Assembly (NCBI GenBank): GCA_016839815.1
Contig: JAEOTM010000085.1
Coordinates: 1 to 17,445, forward strand
Origin: Candidatus Hodarchaeota archaeon
Lineage (GTDB): Archaea > Asgardarchaeota > Heimdallarchaeia > Hodarchaeales > Hodarchaeaceae
Direction of reading: 5' to 3'
DNA: 17,445 nt
Below the pieces are notes generated by a model, which worked only from the letters and a program-made list of their open reading frames with translations, did not search any database and was not told the origin of the DNA. Position numbers and translations under genes: made by a program. The number at the start of each line of letters is the position of its first letter. Within the stretch, counting starts at the first letter, position 1. Shown piece by piece: positions 1 to 7,582 of this stretch.

Positions 1-615
1 AGCATAGATATCATAGTTTTCCCCTTTCAATCTGTTAGCTAACCTCCAATCTTTTACTGCTACCCATTTTGACAATATATCCCCAACTCCAGCCTTCAAG
101 GATTCTTTAGGTGCTCTACTAATCATTGTAGTATCGCCTACTATAGCTAGTGGGGAAATTGGGCGATAATTTTTTGAAAGCGTCTTGGTAAAAAACTGGT
201 CTACTTGAGTTCTTAATAAAAAGTTAATATACGGACTAGAGAATCCATCATGGCTTGCATTTGTTGGGACAGCAATATATTCCGTATTAGACATATTTGC
301 TAATAATTTCACATAATCTATTACTGTACCACCACCAACTGCAATTAAATATGTCTGGTGGGAATCAATCTCTTGAGCAATGTTGTATAAGAATGGAAGA
401 TCAGCCCCATTCGGCAAAGGAGTAAATTCGTAATCGATTTTCTCTGATATTTGGGGGATTACCACATCATCAGTTATTTCCTTTGTTTTCGTACGACCAC
501 TAAATATGTGCAATCTATTTATTCCTAAATCTTCAAATATACCTGTTAACTTTTTTACAGCGTTTACTCCGAAAGCTACTCGTCTTGATACATTTATTTC
601 TTGAATGGGGCTCAG
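1..615 (-). CDS. egsA: sn-glycerol-1-phosphate dehydrogenase (archaeal ether-lipid backbone), 3' end beyond window
   Basis: Not in the ORF track; translated by hand. The minus frame is open from 657 to 1 and reads ...EINVSRRVAFGVNAV...LIAVGGGTVIDYVK...IAVPTNASHDGFSSP...PLAIVGDT...AP...AGVGDILSKWVAVKDWRLANRLKGENYDIYA. It contains the GGGxxID NAD-binding motif plus the PTxASHDG and AVxDWxLAxRLxGE motifs typical of EgsA. The start is uncertain; CTG at 615 is proposed. Confidence 0.9.
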   Translation of the reverse strand, partial: MSPIQEINVSRRVAFGVNAVKKLTGIFEDLGINRLHIFSGRTKTKEITDDVVIPQISEKIDYEFTPLPNGADLPFLYNIAQEIDSHQTYLIAVGGGTVIDYVKLLANMSNTEYIAVPTNASHDGFSSPYINFLLRTQVDQFFTKTLSKNYRPISPLAIVGDTTMISRAPKESLKAGVGDILSKWVAVKDWRLANRLKGENYDIYA

Positions 616-707
616 AATTAATTCTTCCAGTATAACTAACTTATCTACATTTTCAATTTAATGTATAACCTAGATATTTCACGAATCCTAAGCTTGTATG
701 ATAAAGG

Positions 708-1742
708 TTACAGTTTTTCTGATTTTCTTAAACTTGAATAATCTCGTCGATAGCGAAGTAATTCACTACCACCTAATTGTAAGGTTGCATATCCACCTAA
801 AATTCCAAGAATTATTGATTTCACAACACGATCTATAAATGCTACTAAAGCAGCATCGGTACCAGCATAATGGGGAGCGTTGATTAGAACAGCCATAATA
901 ACAACTTCATATTGGCCCAAAGCTCCTGGGAGAATAGGAATGATAAAAGTTATATTGCCTACACACGACGCTGCGATAACCCAAGGTAGATCAACGAGAT
1001 TGAACAGGGGATAAACCGACAATGCGATGATGTACATCATGACTCCTTCAACAATCCAAATTGCTGTAGAAGTTATGATTGCTTGAAAAAGAAGAGAAGG
1101 TTGAGTTCTAAGATCTGTAAGCCCACGAATTAAGGCTTCAAACGCTGATTTAAGCTTATCTCTAAGAAATTCAGGGAAAAATTCAAGGAGCTTGTACACG
1201 AAATCAGGTTTCATTAAAATGATTCCTATTACCAGAAGAACTCCTCCTGAGACAAGGAAGAGAAGAAGAATAAGCTGACCAATGATTTCTGAACTTTCTA
1301 CAGTCTGAAAGGAGAAACTTATGAAAAAAAGACTACCAGTAACGACGATTAAAAGACCAATAATGCTTAAAACTTGTTCAATCACAATAGAAGAGATCGA
1401 ATCTGAATATTTGACATCATTATTACGTTTTAAGGAAATGATTCTAATAGTCTCTCCTGCACGAGCTATGGTGAACAAATTGATGGCTAAAGCCGAACAC
1501 ACAGGAAGAACCAAAGATGAAAGACGTAAATGAGTTCCTTGGGCTATTAATAATAATTTCCATCTATATGTGCGTATCAATAAGTCAAATAGATAGAGTA
1601 AAAGTAATAAAGCGATTCCCCAAAACCCAATGTCAAAGAAGCTATCGATAAGATTTGTAGGGTTGATGAAAATGAGAATAAAAATTAAAACGATTAATGT
1701 GGCCAAATAAAGGAACGTTGAGGTTTTATTAATTTTTATCAT
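708..1742 (-). CDS. Polytopic membrane protein, lysylphosphatidylglycerol-synthase TM region / UPF0104 (AglD2-like) flippase-like family
   Basis: About 8 hydrophobic segments; family motifs RxxRW (RTYRW), RAGExxR (RAGETIR) and PxxPGxxGxxE (IPILPGALGQYE). Purine-rich AGGAAGGAAG lies just upstream of ATG 1742. No C-terminal transferase domain. Confidence 0.8.
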   Translation of the reverse strand: MIKINKTSTFLYLATLIVLIFILIFINPTNLIDSFFDIGFWGIALLLLLYLFDLLIRTYRWKLLLIAQGTHLRLSSLVLPVCSALAINLFTIARAGETIRIISLKRNNDVKYSDSISSIVIEQVLSIIGLLIVVTGSLFFISFSFQTVESSEIIGQLILLLFLVSGGVLLVIGIILMKPDFVYKLLEFFPEFLRDKLKSAFEALIRGLTDLRTQPSLLFQAIITSTAIWIVEGVMMYIIALSVYPLFNLVDLPWVIAASCVGNITFIIPILPGALGQYEVVIMAVLINAPHYAGTDAALVAFIDRVVKSIILGILGGYATLQLGGSELLRYRRDYSSLRKSEKL

Positions 1743-1766
1743 GGATTCTTCCTTCCTGAAATTGGT

Positions 1767-3680
1767 TTACATCTCATCAATAATAGGGATTCCTAGTATA
1801 TGAAGTAAATTTTGTATTGTTATTGAAAAAACCTGTACTAAAGCTACACGAAATTGTTTCAATTTTGCTGATTCAGCATTGATAACACGTGAAGTTTCGT
1901 AAAAACGATTGAAAGAAGAAGCAAGATCGTACGCATATTTTGCGATTATGAGGGGTTGGAAGGAGTCTGCAGCGTTTCTAATAATTACAGGACAGCGGTA
2001 AAGATGTAATATAAGATCCTTCTCATGGTGAGTCATCTCAAAAGTGCCACGTTTTGAATATGTTTTGATTTTGGGGAGTTTTGCTAATATTTTTGAGGCA
2101 CGCACACATGAATACATCAAGAAAGGACCAGTATCACCTTCAAGTGATGTTGCGTCCTCTATCCTGAACTTAATCTCAGTTTCGGTAGAAAATTTAACCA
2201 ACCAATAACGAATAGCTGCAGTTGTAATGCTATTTACAATCTTATCTCTTTTAACAGGATTTTCTTCTAAATCGGGCCTTTTCTTGGTTATTGCATTAAA
2301 TGCAACAGCAAAAGTGTCATCAAAAACTGCGTCAGCCCAAGCTCTCTCTTGAAGCCAATTTCCAGTTCTACCAGAAAACCTTGCATGAGGTGCAGAAACG
2401 TGCTTATATGACATATGAAAAGAATTTTCAAACTCGTCATTCAATGAGAGGAGCTTTAACGAATATCGTACTATTTCCTGTTCGTAATTCTGCTCCATCC
2501 CTATTACGTTACATACACGGTCTGATTTTCCAAATTTCCTGTCCATTTCACCAGAAACATGAAAATCAGTACTTGTCCATAAATCTCGCATCTCTTCAGC
2601 TTCATTTTTCTGTTTTACAACGCTTCGGCTAGTCAATTTTGCCTTTGCTAAACCAAATTTCCATAACTGGAGAGCCACATCGTGAGCTACATATGTAGGT
2701 ATTCCATTCGATCGGATAAACACTTTATCTGGATTCTTTTTATCTTTAAACTCGTTTAATTCACCAAGATTAGCAACAAAACATCCTGCATTTGGTCCTT
2801 CATTTTCCCACGAAAATGATGGATTTTTTTCTAGTAAACGAAGGGTTTCCTTCCAGATCCCCGATCGGGAAATATCTGATTCCCATACAAGATAATTATA
2901 AGTTACTCCAAATCTCCATGCAGTTTCCAGGTTACTATCTACACATGCTTGGCAAATATTCCTCATGAATCGGTACATTAGAGGATCCTGGCGCATTTTG
3001 ATCATTACTTTGTCAACTTCATCCCACTTATCGTCTTCAGTCAGAAGAGTATTGCAGTGAGAGTAAACTTTACCTAACCAAACATCATATTTCTCATCAA
3101 TCTCACGTACAACTTCTAGATGATGACCATTTAGAATCCCCCATATCAAAGTGGCTACTTGTCTACCAAAATCATCAATAAGGTTTTGAACTTCAACCTC
3201 CCATCCATTCCTTTCATATAATCGTGCTATACAATCCCCAAGAATTGCATTTCTTAAATTCCCAATGTGAAGTGCTTTTACGGGATTGATAGAAGTATGT
3301 TCTACAACAATTTTCTTACCACTACCAGAAAGATTCTCACCATATCTATCTCCTTCTTTCTTGATCTGAGAGTAAAGTTGATTGAAAAACGGTATGAAAT
3401 TAATAAAGAAGTTGATATACCCTTTTACTGAACTGGTCTTTACAACGAGTGATTTTTCACTTAAAGACTCATTTATTTCCCTTGATAAGTCTTCAGCTAT
3501 CTTCATTGGAGATTTTTTCAAGATTTTTGCTAATTTGAAAGCAATGTTTGTAGAACGTTCCCCAAATTCGAAAGTAGGAGGGATTTCTAGTGAATTGTCT
3601 ATCAGTTGTCCAATATCGGTATCTATCTCAATATGAGAACGAATCACTTGTTTTAGAAGTTTCTTTATCGTTTTTTCCAT
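1767..3680 (-). CDS. argS: Arginine--tRNA ligase (archaeal type)
   Basis: N-terminal domain EIPP..FGE.STNIAFKLAK.LKKSP..IAE, GYINF, VEHTSINPVKALHIGNLRNAILGD, KMSKS-equivalent FSGRTG, and anticodon domain EGDTGPFLMYS..RA..IL ... FN.FYE..RV ... LGI. ATG 3680 preferred over TTG 3689. Confidence 0.96.
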   Translation of the reverse strand: MEKTIKKLLKQVIRSHIEIDTDIGQLIDNSLEIPPTFEFGERSTNIAFKLAKILKKSPMKIAEDLSREINESLSEKSLVVKTSSVKGYINFFINFIPFFNQLYSQIKKEGDRYGENLSGSGKKIVVEHTSINPVKALHIGNLRNAILGDCIARLYERNGWEVEVQNLIDDFGRQVATLIWGILNGHHLEVVREIDEKYDVWLGKVYSHCNTLLTEDDKWDEVDKVMIKMRQDPLMYRFMRNICQACVDSNLETAWRFGVTYNYLVWESDISRSGIWKETLRLLEKNPSFSWENEGPNAGCFVANLGELNEFKDKKNPDKVFIRSNGIPTYVAHDVALQLWKFGLAKAKLTSRSVVKQKNEAEEMRDLWTSTDFHVSGEMDRKFGKSDRVCNVIGMEQNYEQEIVRYSLKLLSLNDEFENSFHMSYKHVSAPHARFSGRTGNWLQERAWADAVFDDTFAVAFNAITKKRPDLEENPVKRDKIVNSITTAAIRYWLVKFSTETEIKFRIEDATSLEGDTGPFLMYSCVRASKILAKLPKIKTYSKRGTFEMTHHEKDLILHLYRCPVIIRNAADSFQPLIIAKYAYDLASSFNRFYETSRVINAESAKLKQFRVALVQVFSITIQNLLHILGIPIIDEM

Positions 3681-4313
3681 TACTATCAATAACCGTTGAT
3701 TCTAAACCGAGAATCTTCCCCACAATACGTGAGTTTCTCCTCGTGAATACTTGATTTTCTATTAATCTAATAGCGTAGTCTATTTCAATACATTTCAATC
3801 TTAACTAGATTATATATTCTTATAGTTGGTTAGATTGTCAATTTATACTTGAAATAAATTATTAACGGTTTTTTTTATAGAGTAGAAGTAAATGCTTCTA
3901 AAAAAAATTAATTCTAATTACACATTGAAGGAAGAATTATCTCCTTTTTCACAAAAATCTGCTCAAGGAGGTTAACTAGCAAATCCATCTACACGTTCTT
4001 TTTTGTATTTTAGGATTTAAAACACATAGATATTCTTAAATTCGCATTCTTACCGAAAAATCAGCTTTTTTAGCTCCTAGTAAACTATATTTCATTGAAA
4101 TTACAAAGAAAGATAATTAATTGTTTCTTTATTTGACCCCTATGTTCGATAAGGTTATAAATTTCATGAAAAATTGATCCACCATCCTTGTTAGATCATC
4201 GATTTCTTCAGTAAAAAACTCTGATATTTGTAGTATTCTCGGAAAATCAAGGTCCTAATCGAAGAAAAAAGCAACAAGATATGTTCGTATCTGTAATTAG
4301 GAAGTACAATGAA

Positions 4314-5570
4314 ATGGTACCCCCATATTATGATAGTTTAGCCGAATGGACAGAAATAGTTCCAGAGAGCGAAATCCGTAGACTTCTGTTGTATAATGTA
4401 AAATACTACTTCGGAGGAGGTAAACCTGGCTGTTTACCGATTGATACATTCAAAACAATACTTCGTCAAATCGCAAACAACCTAGATACTATTGGGATTG
4501 ATATATTGAATTATGGTCCCACCAGCGGATTATTATCACTAAAAGAAGTTCTGGGAGAGAGAATGAGGAGAAATGATGGTTTAACTATCCCTCGGGGACC
4601 AGATGATATCATAATTACAACTGGTTCTCAACAAATGTTATATGCTCTTCTTGACACATTACTCCGCCCAAATGATGTAATAGTTATGGCTAGACCTTCC
4701 TATCTCGGATTTGTCGTACCAGTAACAAAACTTGGAGGAAATGTACTTACAGTTCCGTCTGATATGGATGGAATCATTCCTGAACATGTGGAAAAGGCAA
4801 TTAAATTATGTAAAAAGGAATTAAACCGTATTCCGAAAGCAATTTATGTTGTTTCAGAATCAGATAATCCTAAAGGCACAACATTACCAGAGAAAAGAAG
4901 AAAGGCACTTTTTGATATAGCAGCGGAGAATGAAATTCTTCTAATCGAGGATGCAGCATATAGAGAAATTCAATTTGAGAAAGCCATTCCACCAATCAAA
5001 AAATTCGACAAGGAAAATAAATGGGTTGCTTATTTACGTACGAGTAGTAAAGAAGCTGCTGTGTTAAGACTTGGATATTCGATTCTCCCAGATGAAATTA
5101 TGACTCCAGTCATAAAAGACAAAGGATATCTCGACCTCTGTACTCCTTCATTCACTCAAAAAATATTAGAAATCTATTATAAATATCACATTGATAACGT
5201 CCTTGCTGATAACTTGAAAATATATCAAAAACGCAGGGATGCAATGAAAAAGATGATCGATGCATACTTCCCATCTAACGGCTCTAGCTCTACGCCCACT
5301 GGAGGGTTTTTCTTTTGGTTTCAAATGGCAAAAGAGTCATTTGACTCAGGAAAATTTATGGAAGAGAAAGCTATTCCGAATGATGTTTTATATGTTCCGG
5401 GAAAGGCTTTTTACCCTATTAAAGGATACTCAGTAAATGCAGGAGATTCAATACTTCATGGGAATCGAATTAAAACTAATGGTATGCGTATAAGTTTTTC
5501 TTTTGTCTCAAGTCAGACGATCTTAGAAGGAATGGAAATTCTAGGAAAGCTGTTACAAAAAGAAGCCTAG
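4314..5570 (+). CDS. PLP-dependent aminotransferase class I/II (LysN/ARO8-like subfamily)
   Basis: SEIRRLL, FGGGKP, LNYGPTSG, IIITTGSQQ, PSYLG, NPKG, IEDAAY, PLP-lysine TSSK...LRLGY, P.GGFFFW, VLYVPG.AF, MRISFS. The start is ATG 4314 (AGGAAG upstream) or ATG 4281. Substrate cannot be determined. Confidence 0.9.
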   Translation: MVPPYYDSLAEWTEIVPESEIRRLLLYNVKYYFGGGKPGCLPIDTFKTILRQIANNLDTIGIDILNYGPTSGLLSLKEVLGERMRRNDGLTIPRGPDDIIITTGSQQMLYALLDTLLRPNDVIVMARPSYLGFVVPVTKLGGNVLTVPSDMDGIIPEHVEKAIKLCKKELNRIPKAIYVVSESDNPKGTTLPEKRRKALFDIAAENEILLIEDAAYREIQFEKAIPPIKKFDKENKWVAYLRTSSKEAAVLRLGYSILPDEIMTPVIKDKGYLDLCTPSFTQKILEIYYKYHIDNVLADNLKIYQKRRDAMKKMIDAYFPSNGSSSTPTGGFFFWFQMAKESFDSGKFMEEKAIPNDVLYVPGKAFYPIKGYSVNAGDSILHGNRIKTNGMRISFSFVSSQTILEGMEILGKLLQKEA

Positions 5571-5613
5571 CTAATAGAATTTAGATCGGTATGTAAGGAT
5601 ATTAATTTTGCTT

Positions 5614-7299
5614 TTAGGTAAATTTCCCTGTATTTAAATACCAAGTGAATCCTGGGTATGAATTCTCACTTATCTGTCGCTGATAGACGTTACTAAGATT
5701 GCGAATTCCAGTGAGAAGAGTAAGATCCAGCCAATTCCAAGATACTTCTTGAACATCTTTTCCTTGTGTGAATCGACCATAATTATGTGAGAGCATAAGT
5801 TCTAGGTTTCGTATTTCCCTTCTTAGTTTCTTGTCCCCCTGATTGGTTCGCAAATTCTCATGTGATCGTTTCAAACTTTTTTCATTTTCAAAAAAATTCT
5901 TTTGTAGAAGAAGTCTCATGCTTTCCAAGGCTGAATGTTTATCCTCTATTGTATTTCCTTCGTTAAATCCTTTGAAAATCTCAAATATTCTATTAACTGG
6001 GAGAGGTTGAACCGAATGTGAGGCAGTTTTTTCGCCCCAAGGAGTGGAATAATAAAATCTATTTGACCTAATTAGAATGGGAGGTTCGACATTTAAACGT
6101 CTCATAGCTGGTATCACAGCAGAATAGTATTGTGTTTCTCCTCCTCCCCCTACATGAATCAATACTGGAAATGTTATATTATTAACCATAGCTCGCGAAT
6201 CAGAACGTGGAGTTATGTTTGATTCAATTTCACTAAGGTCTGGATTTTTCGGATTATAAGAAAACGAGTAAGCATCTTTGCAAGACGTACATTGACCTTC
6301 TAGTGTGCCTGGTTCAATAATTCTCAGTTTCACTCTTGTATGGGTATTACATTTGAGACATTCCAAAAAGAACGGCACATAATTATCATCTCGAAAAGGT
6401 AAACCTGGTGTAAGGTTTAACTTAGTTATCTTTTCATTACTCGAATTCAAAGTGTCAATATAGCTTTTCCGATTTTCCTCACTCAACAGGTATTCGAACG
6501 CAGGCCGAATAAGTTTCCGATATCTCACATTACTTGATGGTGTCAAGAAGATTTGTAATTTATTTCTAAGGTTAAACAGAATACTCCAAATTTTCTGGTT
6601 CCATGAGGAGAAATCATGTGTTGAAATCGCAGAATCACTGATTAGGTCAAACCAAGACTCAAAACGTTCAAATAGAAGTGTTCGATTGTGAGGTAATATT
6701 TTTGCGTATTTCATTAAGAGTCGTAAGTTTTCATGAATTTTTTCTCCACTTTCAATCAACCATTTTTCATTAGGAATAGGTACGGAATGCATCGGGGTGT
6801 TATCGGGCACACTCCATGAGGGAGGAGTAATAAGCAGACCAGAAGGAGAGTTAGCTTGAGGGAATCTTGTAACAGTTAATTCATTCTGTATTGAATCATG
6901 ATCACCGATATAAAACAATACACTTAATCCTACAAATTTACCAATCCAGTCTGCTAATGAAACTTTGTTCATAAGAAATGAAGAGCCGCCAAAAATAAGC
7001 GGTTGGTGACCAACATCTAATAGACCGGAGTCTAGGTTATCCAATGATTCCTTAACTGAGAGAGTTAGGGTTCCCATTGCCCGATGGTGATCAACTGCTA
7101 TTCTCCGTAGTTCCTCTAAGTTTTCTTGGAATCTTCCTAAATTCAGAGATTCTTGACGTGTTGCAACCTTTTTCTTTAATTCCAAATACGTTGTAGGAAT
7201 ATCTCCCCAAAATTCTTGAGTATATTCATTCGGATTACCAGTAGCGGCTAAACGATATAATTCAAGGAGACTATTAATTTTTGATGACAAGGTGATCAT
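5614..7299 (-). CDS. bshC: BshC-family (bacillithiol cysteine-adding enzyme-like) ligase with CxxC-x19-CxxC insert
   Basis: GHQPLIFGG..F.MNK (cf. BshC GQQxGLFGGP..T.xK), FYIGDHD (cf. FWxAxEDHD), FPVLIHVGGGGETQYY (cf. LPxxAY.GGPGE..Y), C-terminal coiled coil and QE motif; the 561-aa size fits the family. Confidence 0.75.
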   Translation of the reverse strand: MITLSSKINSLLELYRLAATGNPNEYTQEFWGDIPTTYLELKKKVATRQESLNLGRFQENLEELRRIAVDHHRAMGTLTLSVKESLDNLDSGLLDVGHQPLIFGGSSFLMNKVSLADWIGKFVGLSVLFYIGDHDSIQNELTVTRFPQANSPSGLLITPPSWSVPDNTPMHSVPIPNEKWLIESGEKIHENLRLLMKYAKILPHNRTLLFERFESWFDLISDSAISTHDFSSWNQKIWSILFNLRNKLQIFLTPSSNVRYRKLIRPAFEYLLSEENRKSYIDTLNSSNEKITKLNLTPGLPFRDDNYVPFFLECLKCNTHTRVKLRIIEPGTLEGQCTSCKDAYSFSYNPKNPDLSEIESNITPRSDSRAMVNNITFPVLIHVGGGGETQYYSAVIPAMRRLNVEPPILIRSNRFYYSTPWGEKTASHSVQPLPVNRIFEIFKGFNEGNTIEDKHSALESMRLLLQKNFFENEKSLKRSHENLRTNQGDKKLRREIRNLELMLSHNYGRFTQGKDVQEVSWNWLDLTLLTGIRNLSNVYQRQISENSYPGFTWYLNTGKFT

Positions 7300-7582
7300 T
7301 CTCTTAAATTACCATATTAAGCTGGTTATACGTGGAAGATTAGGATTACTATTTCAAATTGCTTTTCCATAAAAACAACATTAGTATTAAATGTATTGAA
7401 AAAACCCCAGAATTAAGAACTAATCCTCGAGAGGGCTCCTAGCAAAAATGGGGTTTCAAAATTCTTTTATAGCCTCTTACTATCACATATTTAATTAATT
7501 TCTATTACGATGGAAAAGAAATAGAAATAAGTAAATTATTATGTTTTATGAATTGTTATTTAAGAAATGGAGAGACTCCTAA

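Noticed and set aside
1321-3636. Plus-strand ORFs 1321-1533, 2300-2632 and 3382-3636
   Set aside because: Antisense shadows within the flippase-like gene and argS; no motifs.
4129-4254. 41-codon open stretch on the minus strand (DLDFPRILQISEFFTEEIDDLTRMVDQFF...)
   Set aside because: Directly preceded by TAG with no upstream start or SD; too short to support.
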